This document shows, in pieces, positions 23,018 through 36,143 of a DNA stretch of 64,000 bases. The notes under the pieces were generated by a model. The model made no database searches, was not told the origin of the DNA, and worked only from the letters and a program-made list of their open reading frames with translations. The DNA comes from an uncultured Methanomicrobiaceae archaeon. Its GTDB lineage: Archaea > Halobacteriota > Methanomicrobia > Methanomicrobiales > Methanoculleaceae. Each line of letters opens with the position of its first letter. Position 1 is the stretch's first letter. The stretch lies in the NCBI GenBank assembly GCA_963826525.1, contig CAWGXH010000005.1, positions 160,001-224,000 of the forward strand, given 5' to 3'. Position numbers and translations under genes: made by a program.

Positions 23018-26000
23018 CTAATAACCGTTAATCTCGACGGCACGACTGAAACAGTCCGCCGCCTCGCGATACTTGCCGAGACGATCGAGCACCCTGCCTT
23101 TGCGGTACAGCGCCTGTGCATGGTTCGGATTTGCTGTAAGCACCCGGTCGAGACAGCCGAGTGCGGCATCGTTCTCGCCGAGGTGCGCAAGGGCGATCGC
23201 TTTGTTGAAGAGAATGTTGAGATCGTCGCTGGAGAGAGCGGCCGCACGGTCGTAAGCCGCCACCGCATCGGCATACCTCCCGAACGTATCGAGGAGCATC
23301 CCTTTTGCATTCCAGATGACGGCGTTCTCCGGATCGACCTGGAGCGCGGTCTCATAACTCCTCAGGGCATCGTCGAACCTGCCGATCTTCTCACAAACCG
23401 TCCCCCGTATGAAGAGAGCCGCTGCACTCTCGGGCTGGAGCACGACAATCTTGTCGACCGGCTTGATCGCATCGGCGTACTGGCCGAGGCGGATGAGTGC
23501 CGTGCTCTTAGCGTAGAGCATATCGATATTCGTCGGCTCCTGCTCGAGGATTGTCGTATACTCGGTCAGCGCCTCTCTGTATTTCCCCGCCTTCTCGAGG
23601 GCATCGGCGAGGCCGCGTCGCGAGGCCAGATCCCCGGGGTCGGCGGCGAGCACCTTCCCGTAACACTGCTCCGAGTCGCCGTACCTGCCGAGCCAGGAGT
23701 AGATCTCTCCCCGCTGCTGCCATGCCGCCCGATCCTCGGCGTTGATCTCAAGAATGCTGTCCGAACACTCTAAGGCATCCTCGTAGCGCCCCATATGAAC
23801 GAGTGCGTTCGCCAGCATATGCCATGCCTCGTTATTCGTGTCGTCTTCCTGGAGCACCTGTGCGTAACATTTGATGGCGTCGTTATACTTCCCGGTCTTC
23901 TCGAGCGCCATGCCGTACGCCATTCGGGCACGCAGGTCGTCCGGTGTTGCGGCAAGGTAGCGTTCGAATCCGGCCGCCGCCTCTTCGTGCTTTCCGAGCT
24001 GCTCGAGCGAACCTGCTCGTATCTTCAACGCTGCCGCGTTCGCCGGGTCGGCCGCGAGCACCCAATCGCAGCACTCGATGGTGCGCTGGTCCATGCCGAG
24101 CCGGTGGAGCGCCGTCGCGAGGGCGAAGGTGGCACCGACGTCGCCCGGATTCTCCCGCACGATTCGCTCGAACGACGCTGCCGCTTCTGCGTAACTGCCG
24201 AGGTGCAGCAGCGCGAATCCCCGGTGGAGCCAGGCGAAGAGGTTTTCGGGTTCAACTTTTGTAACTTCCGTAAAGCAGTTCGATGCCTCCGTGAATCGCC
24301 CGAGGGCCGCAAGCACCATCCCCAGGTTCAGCAGGAACCCCGAGTCCGACGGAGATTCTGCGGAGAGGCGCCTGTAGCAGTCGCACGCCTCGAGAAGCCG
24401 CCCCTGCTCCTCACAGATTCTGGCCTTCCGGAGGAGTGTCCCGTCATCGTCGGCATCTACCGCCAGCACCCAATCGATGCATGTGAGGGCATCGTCGTAC
24501 CTGCCGAGCCTCTCGAGCGCCGTTCCCATCTCAAGGAGACTTCCGAGATCGTCGGGACTCTTCTCCAGAACCTGCTCGAAGCAGAGGAGTGCGTCTGCAT
24601 ACCGCCCGAGTTGAAGGAGAGCTTTCCCTTTGCTCTTCAGCACCGCACCGTCGCCCGGATTGATGCGGAGGAGCAGATCGAAGGTCTCGGCGGCTTCGCC
24701 GTACCTGGAGCGATGCATCAGTGCCGTTCCACGCTCCTGGAGTGCAATCACGCTCTCGCCGTCCTCTTTCAGGACGTGATCGAGGCACTCGAGCGCATCC
24801 TCGTATCTGCCGAGGTTCATGAGGGCATCCGCCCGCATCGCTCTCGCGACGGCGTTATGTGGCTCGTGTGTAAGGGCGGCCCTGAAACACTCATCCGCCG
24901 CCTCGTACCGTCCGAGATGGAGAAGCGCGATGCCGCTGTTCACCAGGACGCGAACGTTCTCCGGTTCGATCTCGAGCAGGCGGACGAAATTCTCCTGGGC
25001 TTCCTCGTAGCGGCCGAGATGCAGGAGTGCCACGCCGCGATGGTACAGCATAACCCTGTCCCGTGCGTCGTAGGTTGCGGGTTTCTTCTGCGCCGCGGCG
25101 GATTCATCCCGCTCAAAGAGGCTCAGATCACTGCCGGTGCCGACCCATTTCACGCTTCCGTCTCTCCTCTTCTCCATCACCCGGTCGAACGACCGTACCG
25201 CTTCGGCGTAATGGCCGAGCCTGAAGAGCGAGATGCCGCGATTGTACCAGACATGGAACCTGGTCTGATCGTGTTTCAGGACCTGGTCGAATGCCTTGAC
25301 GGCGCGGTCGTACTGGCCGAGGGTATCATAGGCGAGCCCCATCGTATAGCGGACAAGAACCTGATCGGGGTCGTGCAGGGCGACCTTATCGAAGCAGGCG
25401 GCCGCCTCACGGTAATCGCCGTCTCTGGTGAGGTTGACACCCTGCTGGTACCAGGCGGGCACGTCTTCGGGGCGCAGTGAAGTGATAGCCCCATAACAGT
25501 CTGCAGCCTCACGGAACCGACCTGCACCTTCGTATGCACGGGCCTTCAGGTACAGGGCATCCGTATCTTCAGGTTTCTTCTCGAGCACGCGATCGAGACA
25601 GGCAATAGCGCCGTTATGATCGCCCGACCGTTCGAGCGCGGCACCTCGTCTTGCGAGCGCATCGATATCACCCGGGTCCGCTTTCACGAGCCGGTCGTAC
25701 TCTTCTGCCGCCGGAGCAAACTCCCCGTTCCGCTCGAGCAGCAGGGCAAGGCGGCGCCGTGCGGTAGTGTTCTCCGGGTGGCTGTCGAGCACTCTTTCAA
25801 AAGCCTCCTTCGCCTCCCGGTATCGGGCAAGCCGTTCGAGCATCTCCCCCCGCTCGTACCACGCCGCGGTGTCGGAGGGTTCGCGCTCGACGACGCTGCC
25901 AAAACAGTCCGCGGCCTCCTGATAGGCGCCGAGCCTGGCAAGGACGTGACCAAGCGTTCGCAGCGCCCCGAGATCCTCCGGGTTCTTCTCGACGGCTCTC

Positions 26001-26215
26001 CGGAGGCATACAGCCGCTTCCTCATACCTCCCGAGGCAGAAGAGTGCCGTTCCGAGCGAGTACCAGATGGGTGCGTTTTCAGAATCGATTTTGAGGGCTT
26101 TTTCAAAACTTTTGGCGGCTTCGAGATAGTTGCCTGCTTCTATCTGGGAATTTCCTTTATTAATCCATGGATTTGGATTCTTTCCCTGCCCCAGAATATT
26201 ACCGAATATATCCAT
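23018..26215 (-). CDS. Large tetratricopeptide-repeat protein
   Basis: 1065-aa ORF composed almost entirely of 34-aa TPR units (W...G..L..LGRY.EA..CF...L..P). Confidence 0.92.
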   Translation of the reverse strand: MDIFGNILGQGKNPNPWINKGNSQIEAGNYLEAAKSFEKALKIDSENAPIWYSLGTALFCLGRYEEAAVCLRRAVEKNPEDLGALRTLGHVLARLGAYQEAADCFGSVVEREPSDTAAWYERGEMLERLARYREAKEAFERVLDSHPENTTARRRLALLLERNGEFAPAAEEYDRLVKADPGDIDALARRGAALERSGDHNGAIACLDRVLEKKPEDTDALYLKARAYEGAGRFREAADCYGAITSLRPEDVPAWYQQGVNLTRDGDYREAAACFDKVALHDPDQVLVRYTMGLAYDTLGQYDRAVKAFDQVLKHDQTRFHVWYNRGISLFRLGHYAEAVRSFDRVMEKRRDGSVKWVGTGSDLSLFERDESAAAQKKPATYDARDRVMLYHRGVALLHLGRYEEAQENFVRLLEIEPENVRVLVNSGIALLHLGRYEAADECFRAALTHEPHNAVARAMRADALMNLGRYEDALECLDHVLKEDGESVIALQERGTALMHRSRYGEAAETFDLLLRINPGDGAVLKSKGKALLQLGRYADALLCFEQVLEKSPDDLGSLLEMGTALERLGRYDDALTCIDWVLAVDADDDGTLLRKARICEEQGRLLEACDCYRRLSAESPSDSGFLLNLGMVLAALGRFTEASNCFTEVTKVEPENLFAWLHRGFALLHLGSYAEAAASFERIVRENPGDVGATFALATALHRLGMDQRTIECCDWVLAADPANAAALKIRAGSLEQLGKHEEAAAGFERYLAATPDDLRARMAYGMALEKTGKYNDAIKCYAQVLQEDDTNNEAWHMLANALVHMGRYEDALECSDSILEINAEDRAAWQQRGEIYSWLGRYGDSEQCYGKVLAADPGDLASRRGLADALEKAGKYREALTEYTTILEQEPTNIDMLYAKSTALIRLGQYADAIKPVDKIVVLQPESAAALFIRGTVCEKIGRFDDALRSYETALQVDPENAVIWNAKGMLLDTFGRYADAVAAYDRAAALSSDDLNILFNKAIALAHLGENDAALGCLDRVLTANPNHAQALYRKGRVLDRLGKYREAADCFSRAVEINGY

Positions 26216-26303
26216 ATGACACGCATACCCCTGAGCGATTGCTCGTACATGGGTACACCTGCTCCTTAATGAGTTCTCTCACTTTGTCTGACAGCGGGAT
26301 TCG

Positions 26304-27483
26304 CTACCCAACCTCATTTCCGCCGGGTGGCCTTTCGCCCGCGAAATCCTGGAGTGCCGTCGGAAGGGTCACGCGAATGGCAGCGCCGCCCGAGGGTCTA
26401 CCGGGCACCGGGTCGGCTGCAAAGACCCGTCCCCATAGCGTTCGACGAGCGTCCGAACGATGAAGAGCCCGAGCCCTTACCGCTTTTACTGCTCGTCCCC
26501 TTCTGGAAACGGTTGAAAATCGTCCGTTTTTCCTCGTCGGAGATCCCGGTGCCCATCTTACTTCCACCGATACCGTCACCTCTCCGTCCCCTCCTCGACC
26601 GAGATGGTTATCTCGACATCGGCGCCGCCGAACTTCGCGGCATTGCCGATCAGGTTGGTGAAGATCGCTCCGGCAGAATCGTCTGCAAGGATCACGGCAT
26701 CCGTTCCTCCGTAGCGGATACGGGCATCCTTATAGTTATGAATCTCACGGCGAATTACCTGATCGAGGTCAACTTCTTCCTGAGAGCCAATCGCTCCTCC
26801 CTGAGGCGGGACGATCGTGCTGACGCTATGGATAGTCTTCCATACTCTGCCATGCACGCCGGAAATAGCGCGCAGGGAGAGTTCCTTCTCATCTCCGGCA
26901 AGCATCTCGCTGAGCATCTCACGGGAGTCTCCGAGTGCGGCCATGTTCGCATTATTGACATCGTGAACCATGATGTCCAGATACAGGTTGGCCGCTTGGA
27001 GGGTCTCCTGATAGTCGCTGTCGGCCTTTTTCCGCTCACGAAGTTCGAGAAGAGCCCGGTCGCATTCTCCGGAAGACTTTCACCCGGTGACGTGATCGGT
27101 GGCATCCTCGATAACAAGGCTCGCATAAACTCTGCCCGCCACCTCCGTCCAGCGCTATCACGGTCGTCTGCTGTGTCCGTACCCGTACATCCGTCCTCGT
27201 CGGCGGGATAGAAATACTGGAGATTCTGGGATGAGAATGATATGCCCGCAGAGAGGTTCTAAAGACCTGGCGTATGCGCTGGAGATAGCGGGGCTGCCCT
27301 ATATCCGGGAATCGCTTCGTGTGATTATTGTCCCCGACGATCCCGTCCGCGGATAAGCCGGTCCAGTCCTCGAGGCATCTGTTCCAGTAGCGGATCCGAA
27401 GATCCGTACTCGAGGATGCAGATGCCGACCGGCAGGTAGTCCAGGATCTTCCATTCCGGGTGTTGGTCGAAGATTGCGGACAT
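26304..27483 (-). CDS. PAS-domain sensor histidine kinase (multiple frameshifts)
   Basis: Fragments ILDYLPVGICILE (PAS), DIMVHDVNNAN (H-box), IFTNLIGNAAKFGG (N-box), GKGLGLFIVRTLVERYGGRV (G2). Confidence 0.75.
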
Positions 27484-27499
27484 GCACCTGCACCGTCCC

Positions 27500-28106
27500 G
27501 GCGTGTTTACTGTCGGGAGATCTTGCGAGAGAAGTGCGTCCATTGGATCCAACCTCTAAGATCAGGCGATATCTCGCCTTCCACATTCAGGTCCTGCACG
27601 AGGAACTGCGTGTGGGCGAGCACAAGCCATCCATCGGGGTCGGCACTATGGGTATGGATGAGGTGGACGATGGTATCTTTCATATACGCAGGGAGTGAAT
27701 AGGCGAGATGCTGGCAGAGCCCATTGCTGATCGAGCCCATCACCCCGTTGATGATGATATTGCCGATCTCTTTGAGCGTCTCGATCCTGATCGCATAGGA
27801 GTTCAGGGCAGGCCGAAACCTCGTCCATGAGCGTCATCACGAGTGCCGCCGCGCTCTTTGCCAGGAATGCCCAGAGCAGTCGTCCCCGAGAACGCGCCCT
27901 TGAAATCAGATGCACCATTGCAAGAGATTCGTCCGGGTATGCGTCCGCGACCCATAGACTCCCGCAGGCGGAGTATCCTGACTCTGGGCACCTGGAGCGC
28001 GATGTGCGACCGGGTCATATCGTTGAGCATGCTTGCGGCTCTGCCGACGCCGATATTTGATCAGTTCTCTGATTGCATCCAGAGATTCGGGGGAGTCCTG
28101 TTCCAT
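27500..28106 (-). CDS. cheC: CheC-like protein (frameshifted; end approximate)
   Basis: LDAIRELINIGVGRAASMLNDMTRSHIALQVP and a second E.GNIIINGVMGSISN motif match the duplicated ExxN CheC signature. Confidence 0.75.
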
Positions 28107-28496
28107 ACGGCTTCTCGCCCGTACACGACATCCCGGAGCATCGCACAGAGTTCTTCGTTTTGCAAAGCCGGTTTCTTGAGGAACTATGCGGAAAAGAGGT
28201 CCATACATTGCCGTGGTGTCGTCTCCTGGATGTCCGAAGTGCTCACGATGATCGGCACCGTAAGTCCCTCTTCCCGCGCATGAGCCAGCACCTGGGTGCC
28301 GCTGCATCTCGGGCATGAGGAGATCCAGAATGACCGCACCTACGCCTTCTCCCGACGCCAGTGCGAGCCCTGCCTTTCCATTATCGGCTTCGCGAGTCTC
28401 ATACCCCGCCTCTTTCAGAAACGAGGTGAGAATCCTTCGCTGAAACGCCGAGTCGTCGATAATCACAATGATTGTCACCGGTTCGCCCTCCCGCAT
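28100..28496 (-). CDS. Single-domain CheY-like response regulator (frameshifted)
   Basis: IVIIDDSAFQRRIL...ADNGKAGL...VILDLLMPEM receiver motifs. Confidence 0.8.
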
Positions 28497-28690
28497 ACCG
28501 GATGGAAGAGGATCTTGCCGCAGCGGCAGGCCCCTTCCTTCCTGTTAGCAGGAATTGGTCCCCGTGCGAGCCGATAAGGGTAGCGATCCGAACCTGAACC
28601 GCTCTTGCATTCCGGGATGGGCATTAAAGAGCGAAAAGAGTGAGTTTCGGGAAGAAGAGGGTCAGGGGCGGTGTCACCCGCAGCCCTCCC

Positions 28691-29110
28691 TCATACGTCA
28701 AGGATCGGTTCAAACTGGGCTTTGCCGACCGGGCCGTAGAACTCGGATATCCTCGGATCCATGCCGCAGATCGGGCAGGTGTAGTCCTCCGGAAGATCTT
28801 CGAAGGCCGTACCTGCCGGAATGCCCCGGCGGGGCTCACCTCGTTTCTGGTCGTAGATATACCCGCAGATCTTGCAGACATACTTCGTCGGCTCCCAGGG
28901 AACAAAACCCCATTTCCCGATGGGGCCTTTTCCCGTCGCCCCGCAGACCGGGCAGGTGTAATCGTCAGGCAGGTCTTCGAATGCCGTACCGGCGGCTATG
29001 CCCCGGTGCGGTTCGCCCCGGATGGGGGAGTAGATGTAGTTGCATATCCTGCACCGATACCGTTTCACATTCTCCATCGTGTCACCTTCGCGTGCGATCG
29101 CGGCATACAC
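28691..29110 (-). CDS. Double (tandem) rubredoxin
   Basis: Two repeats of CxxC-YIY...[14 protein letters not shown].DYTCPxCG. Confidence 0.92.
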   Translation of the reverse strand: MYAAIAREGDTMENVKRYRCRICNYIYSPIRGEPHRGIAAGTAFEDLPDDYTCPVCGATGKGPIGKWGFVPWEPTKYVCKICGYIYDQKRGEPRRGIPAGTAFEDLPEDYTCPICGMDPRISEFYGPVGKAQFEPILDV

Positions 29111-29184
29111 GCTCTCTCACCACATAACTCTTGCCCCTGCCCTGCTCCGGCGAGGCGGAAGGGGTTTTCCGGGAGGCCGGGTAA

Positions 29185-31498
29185 TCAATGAGAACCGGCG
29201 TGATCGTCCTTGGATGGGTGTGCCGATATCCAGGCGTCATCGGGAATGGCGGTACGGATACGATCCGTGTGGATAAGGATCTCGAAATGCGCACCGACCC
29301 CGGGCGTCCCGGTCTCTTCAATGGTAAAGATCGGTGATGGAGAGTATCTCGCGCGCCAAAAATAATCCATATCCTGTGTTGTTCCCGAAACCGCGCTTGA
29401 AGATCCTCTCTTTTTTATGCGCGGTTCAGTCTGGCCCGTCGTCCTCGCAGACAATCTTTCAGCCCGTTCTCGGTTATCCGGTCGTATATGCGAATCCGGG
29501 TGATCGGGCCGCTGTGTCTGGTTGCATTGTCGAGAAGGTTGTAGAATACCTTCTCGAGGAGAGGGTCGGCAAAGATCTCGATGCTGCTTACCTGTACGAA
29601 TACCGAGACCGCCCCCGTATCAAGCAAGGTCGTTGCACGGGCGACGGCGTCAGGGAGGTTCTGCCAGGCGGGGAACTGCACGCCGATATCCTGATAGTCA
29701 GTGGTGAAGGCGATCTGGCGGTGAATTTTTTTTCCGCCCCCTGCATCTTTCCTATGAAATCCAGCAGAGCGGATCGGCGTTATCCTCCCATCAGGGTGAG
29801 GAAACCCCATCAGGATGGTGAGCTGATTTGGACATCGTGCCGTGTGACGCTATTGAGGAGTTTAATTTCCTGTTGGTCTGCAAAAGTGCCTCTTCGGCTC
29901 TCTTTCTCTCGGTGATTTCGATCCCCTTCGAGACCACCGCTTCGACATCTCCTTCGCTGCGTAGATGGGTGTCACTGTTCAGGTATTCCTTGTCGCCCTC
30001 GCGGTCGGATAGGTATATTCTCCCTGCAGATGACAAGCGGTCGAGGGTACGGTATGGACTGCTCGTTGATCGGCTCCATGATCCCTTCGGCAGCCCGGAT
30101 CGCGCCAGGTCTTCCCGATCATCTCTTCCGGCTTTAAATTGCGCTCCTCAACGCCTTTCGAACAGACGTAGAGGTACTGGAGCTCTCTATCGTAGACGTA
30201 AAACTGGACGGGCGTCACATCGAAGATCGTATCGAGGAGACGCTTTCGCTTCCAATGTCGCAATTAACCGCTCTCGCTCGGCCTCCGCGTGTTTCATGTC
30301 GGTAACGTCGCGGACTGACTCCATTGCACCGGTGATCGAGCCGTTGTGATCATAGAGCGGCGTCGCCTTGATCCGGAAGATGCGGTCCCCCACTGGGGAA
30401 GCGGGAACGTCACCTCCGCTATCAAGCCCTGACTCCCTTCTCGGTGATCAACGTGTACCGCTGCAAGAATCCAGCCGCACCCGGCTGAAGGATACAATCG
30501 GCCAGTGCCGGTCGTTTCTCTCCGTAAAAGGGAACTGCGTACTCTATAGCCGTCAGTGCCGACCATCTCTCCGGCTCGCCACACCCGTCAGATCCTTCAA
30601 CTCGCCCTGTTCCAGGCGATAACCCGCGCGTCCCTGTCCATTGCAAACGTTTGCTTCCGGCAGATGGTTGATGATGTTCGAAAGATGTCTTTTCGGACTG
30701 CCTGATGTCCTTCCTCTGCCCAGTCTGTTGCTCCGTTACGTCGCGGCCGACCGACTATATTCGAGGAGCCGGTGCTGGCAATCGAAGATGGCTCGATCGC
30801 TCCACTGCTGCCAGCGGACCTCTCCGTTCTGCATGATAATGCGGTGTTCGAGGGAAGCGACGGGGTTGTCGGGGGTGAGAGTAGGTGAAGTGATCCTGAA
30901 ACTTGTGCCTGCTCTTCCTCTTGCATTACTGGCCGGCTCCGTTGCCCGATGATTCCATTGCACCGTTTCCCGAGGTACCTGCAGTAGGGCTTCGTTGACG
31001 AAGAGAACGATCCAGTCCGGGCTGAATCGGGTGATGAAGTCCGTCTGGCTTTCGACGACGGCACCAGCAGCGGCTTCCTTGCTCGCTTTGAGAGCAGCCT
31101 CCGTCCATCCGCGCTGGGCCGCCTTCTGGAGCATCTGCTCAAGTTCGGCGAAACACGCCTGAACGTCGGTGTCTTTCTGAAGATAAAAAGTCTGCTCCTG
31201 CCGTCGGCAGCTGCTCCCATTGCGACGTTCTCTCTTCCTTTGCCGGTGAGAAGAGATAAACGGGGTTTTGTTCCCTCGTGCGCGAAGTTCCTTGAGAAAA
31301 TCTGCATTCCGTTTGTTCTCCGGCATATCGTAATCGGAGACGATAACGTCGAAGCGGGTCTCCCTGACGGCCTCGAGCGCTTCGCGTGTCAAGTAGGTGC
31401 GGTTTCCGACGGAGAAACCCTCTTTCCGTTCAAGGAAGAGGCGGGGTGACCTCGAGCATGGAGGGCTCGTCATCCACCAGCAGCACTGATATCAGCAT
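29185..31498 (-). CDS. Receiver-PAS-PAS-histidine kinase hybrid (heavily frameshifted)
   Basis: MLISVLLVDDEPSMLEV...FDVIVSDYDMPE (receiver); PAS/PAC fragments (EHRIIMQNGEVRWQQWSDRAIFD; ITGAMESVRDVTD); ADPLLEKVFYNLLDNA (HATPase). Confidence 0.72.
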
Positions 31499-31858
31499 CG
31501 TTGCTCCCGGCCTATTTCCAAAAAAAACCATCTGTCACGCTCTGTCCATCGGGACTGTATCATCGTGCCTTATCCCTCAAAAAATCGGATATATACATCA
31601 ATCTATTCTTTATACTATCGTTATTGCGCATTAAGTAGTTATTGCTCTAGTAGGAAAGTTGTCGATTATACTGCTCTTTAAGAGTTGATTTGCCGCCTAT
31701 TTCGCGGCAAATGTGCACGTGTCGATGTGCTGGGAGAGAACACCGCACCTCCGGCCGCGGATGGCATCCTCCGGGGGCGGAGGGTGCCGCGACGGTTGAA
31801 ATGGGTATATATTAATGAGTAACCGCCCTATGAACAGCTACCTGGTGCGGATATCATC

Positions 31859-33151
31859 ATGTTTGAGAGGGTACTGGTACCGACCGATTTCTCCGAGTAC
31901 TCGGGGAGAACTATAGAGTGTCTCGGACAGATTCCGGGAGTCCGGGAGGTGATTCTGCTCCATGCACTTGATGCGGACCATGCGTCGATGCGGGCATGGA
32001 TCTCCGGTCAGACGTTTGAAACGCCTGCCGAATACGCAGAACGCCGGCTGGCGATGCAGAGTGAACGGGTAGAGGAACTCGGGCTCAAGCCGATAGCGAT
32101 CCTTGAGATCGTCCGGGACGGCGACCTCGCCGGAGCAGTCGTCGCGCGTGCTGCCGACGAACAGATCCCGCTGATCGTCATCGGCGCGCGGGGAAAGGGG
32201 ATCATCCAGGGATACTTCCTCGGCAGCGTCTCGTCAGACGTGCTTCGCAGAAGCACTGTCGATATCCTGATCACCCGCTACCGGGGTGCGGCCACGGAGG
32301 CGTGCCGGATGAGTATCTTTTCACGGGTGCTCTGTCCGGTCGATTTCTCGAGGCCTTCCCGAATGGTGATCGATTTTGTCGGACGGATGGGGAATATCCC
32401 GGAACTGATCCTGGTTCACGTCATCAAGAGCGCGGAGACAAAAGAGGAACTGGTAGCGGGGATCGAGGAGGCGGAAAGAAGGCTCCACGAGCTCGCGACG
32501 GAACTCTCGCGCGAAGGTCTCTCTATCAGGACGTTCGTGCGGTTTGGAAACCCGAGTCAGGAGATCACCGATCTCGCCGAGGAAGAGGATGTCTCCCTGA
32601 TTCTCATCTCCCGATATGGCGAGCAGGACTACTTCAGGGATATTCCCCTCGGAAGTACGGTGGCCGATGTGGCAAAGCGGGCCCGTCGTCCGGTCCTCGT
32701 GAAATATCCCATTCTGTCACTGGCGGTGGAAGCCCGGGAGCTTTCTGCCGGCAGAGTTTCCGAAGGCAGAGAGGATCTGGAAGGGGTATCACCAGCAGAA
32801 GGCGAATAGCGAGACCGACCGTATCTTCGGCGTTTTCCTTGACGGCAACCTCGTCAGCGTCGCCCGGTGCAGACGGCACCCGGACGGGAAGGAGGTCGAC
32901 GGTGTCTTCACACCCGAAGATTTGATAGGGCGGGGGTACGCGAAGAGAGCAGTTGCAGCCCTCGTCTCTGCCTGCGGGAATGATGTGCTGTATATGCATT
33001 CGACAAGCGATCTCGTCCCATTCTTGATGCATCCTTCGGCTTTACACCCATCGGCGAGCGGGAACTGCCGCCCACAATCCGGGAGCGGTATGCCTTTGCG
33101 GGCGGCAACATGGAGGGCTCAAACGTCAGCCCGATGAAGCGGATCCCCTGA
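31859..33151 (+). CDS. Tandem universal stress protein domains fused to a GNAT acetyltransferase (frameshifts in GNAT part)
   Basis: Two USP domains (MFERVLVPTDFS; FSRVLCPVDFS; GSV/GST motifs), then LVSVARCRRHPDGKEVDGVFTPED..GRGYAKRAV...LYMHS...PMKRIP*. Confidence 0.75.
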
Positions 33152-33153
33152 AG

Positions 33154-33641
33154 TTACCGCTCTTTTTTCATACTCCCGGCAAAGAGGATCCCGAGCAGCA
33201 CCCGCAGGACGAGCACGACGATCATCAGGATGCCGCCGAGCAGAATCCATGCGAGGGAGAACCTACTGACGGGGACGGCTCCTCCAGGGTTTTCCGAGGA
33301 TGAAAAGCCTCCGCCTGGAGAGTAGTGGTAGTAGTAGGTTCGGGCTTTCGCCTGCCGATACGCGGCGGACGCACCCCCACCCGGAGTGCGGTATGCCGAA
33401 TAGGCAGTGCCGGCCGCAAGGAGCCTGTCATACTCCGCCCTCTTCTCGGGATCGGAGAGGGTATCAGTACGCCTCCTGAACCTTCAGGGAGATTTCCTGT
33501 GCGCCCGGGGCGGTGCTGATATCGGGGTGATATTGTTTGGCGAGGCTCCGGTATGCGGCTTTAATTTCACCCGCGCTCGTTTCGACCGGGGCGATGCCCA
33601 GGACGTCGTATAATTTCCGGCAGTCTTCCCTACGTATTCAT
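33154..33641 (-). CDS. J-domain (DnaJ class C) protein with C-terminal TM anchor (frameshifted)
   Basis: Manual translation: LYDVLGI...EIKAAYRSLAKQYHPDIS...VQEAY/DTLSDPEKRAEYD; tail WILLGGILMIVVLVLRVLLGILFAG. Confidence 0.8.
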
Positions 33642-33679
33642 CGTGATCCTTCGGTGACACCCATGATGGTATCAGTTTT

Positions 33680-34101
33680 TCGCCCGGTTTTTCGCACGTC
33701 GCATCGCCGCAGGCGAGTCCGCCGGTATCGCCGTTGACCGTCACGACGCTGCCGCCCGGAAGATCGCAGATGTCCATTGGAAGGCTGTCGATCATAGGAA
33801 TCCCTGCGATGATTGCTCCGACGGCGATGATCGTTTCAGCCTCCGTATTGATGATAGCAGCGGGAGCCCGGCCGCTTCGCGCCAGCGCATAGATGAACTG
33901 AACGAACCGACCGTCGATCCCTTCCTGTACGGGAATGCAAGGACACGACCGGCAACACTCTCGCCCTCGAGCGGATGACCTTTCTCGATGACGACGCCTG
34001 TCTCCGGGTCGACACCGGAGAGAAATGAGATCGGTTCAGGACTGACCAGGAGTTCTCCCCTGCCTGACCCTTTCGAAAATAGCTCTTCCCTTCAGAATCA
34101 T
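33680..34101 (-). CDS. DUF126/aconitase X swivel-domain protein (phosphomevalonate dehydratase small-subunit-like), frameshifted
   Basis: MILKGRAI...PISFLSGVDPETGVVIEKGHPLEGESVAGRVLAFP..KGSTVGS...APAAIINTEAETIIAVGAIIAGIPMID. Confidence 0.8.
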
Positions 34102-34137
34102 GCGACCACACTAATAAGTGGTCGGAGAAACAACTAT

Positions 34138-35371
<1,234 letters not shown>

Positions 35372-35372
35372 T

Positions 35373-35814
35373 ATGGACGTGCTGCTGGTTCAGGCAGATG
35401 GGGTCGACCTCTACGCCACCCTTCGAAATCCGAGACCAGCCGCGGGGTTCTCCGGTTCTATCACCCCTCGCGCCTTGAGTTCGGCGTGCTGATCCGGACG
35501 GCATCCCTCGCAAGCAGTCTCTCTATTATCTCGGAGATCCGCTGGTATATCCGGCGCTACGTCGAGGTGGTGCTCTTCCGGTTATCAAGGAGACGTACTG
35601 TTCGTTCGAGCTCGCAAAGCAGGTCTATGAGCGGGATACGAAACTTGCCGCTCCCTGGGAGTATCGCCTGCTCTACGGTATCCAGGATGGACGGCTCGTC
35701 CAGTCGGTGAAGATGGATGCGGGCAGAGACCGGGACGGTTATGCCGACTCTCTCGAGGGTATGGACGACGTCCTCGAGGTCTGGTGCTCGGAGAGCGAGC
35801 ACGCCGAGGTTTAG
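35373..35814 (+). CDS. DUF5804-like archaeal protein (frameshifted)
   Basis: MDVLLVQADGVDLYATL...LRFYHP...ASLASSLSIISEIRWYIRRYVEVVLF resembles the conserved pan-adjacent archaeal family. Confidence 0.6.
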
Positions 35815-35873
35815 CCGCCTCCTCTTCCGGGCGGGTTTCGTCCGGAAACGGTCTGGCAGGAGGGGGCTCTGCA

Positions 35874-36143
35874 CCCTCCCCCGCGATGCGATTGCCGGTA
35901 ACGGTCGCCGTGCTCGTGATTCTGCCGTACGGCAGATCTTTTCCCAACCTCGACATATCTCCGATACGTTCGACGCTTTTGCGGGCATCGCACCTGTGGG
36001 GTGTTCTCCCTCGACGGGAGGGGTCGAGAGTCCCCCTGTCGCCCGTGGCGAATGAGGTCGTCCCAAAGCCCTCTGCCCGGGGGAGACTCCCTCCCGAGCC
36101 CTCCCCTGGTATGTGATTAGCCGGTAATGGCCGTGCTCGTGAT
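35874..36143. repeat. Two imperfect ~45-nt direct repeats plus palindromes in the gap between convergent genes
   Basis: 35874-35920 CCCTCCCCCGCGATGCGATTGCCGGTAACGGTCGCCGTGCTCGTGAT versus 36099-36143 CCCTCCCCTGGTATGTGATTAGCCGGTAATGGCCGTGCTCGTGAT; perfect palindrome TCTGCCGTACGGCAGA at 35921-35936. Confidence 0.7.

Noticed and set aside
23955-23980. GTTCGAATCC T-loop-like motif suggesting a tRNA
   Set aside because: It lies inside the TPR CDS and no cloverleaf can be built around it.
35874-36143. CRISPR array
   Set aside because: Only two degenerate copies ~180 nt apart, with no regular spacers and no cas genes.
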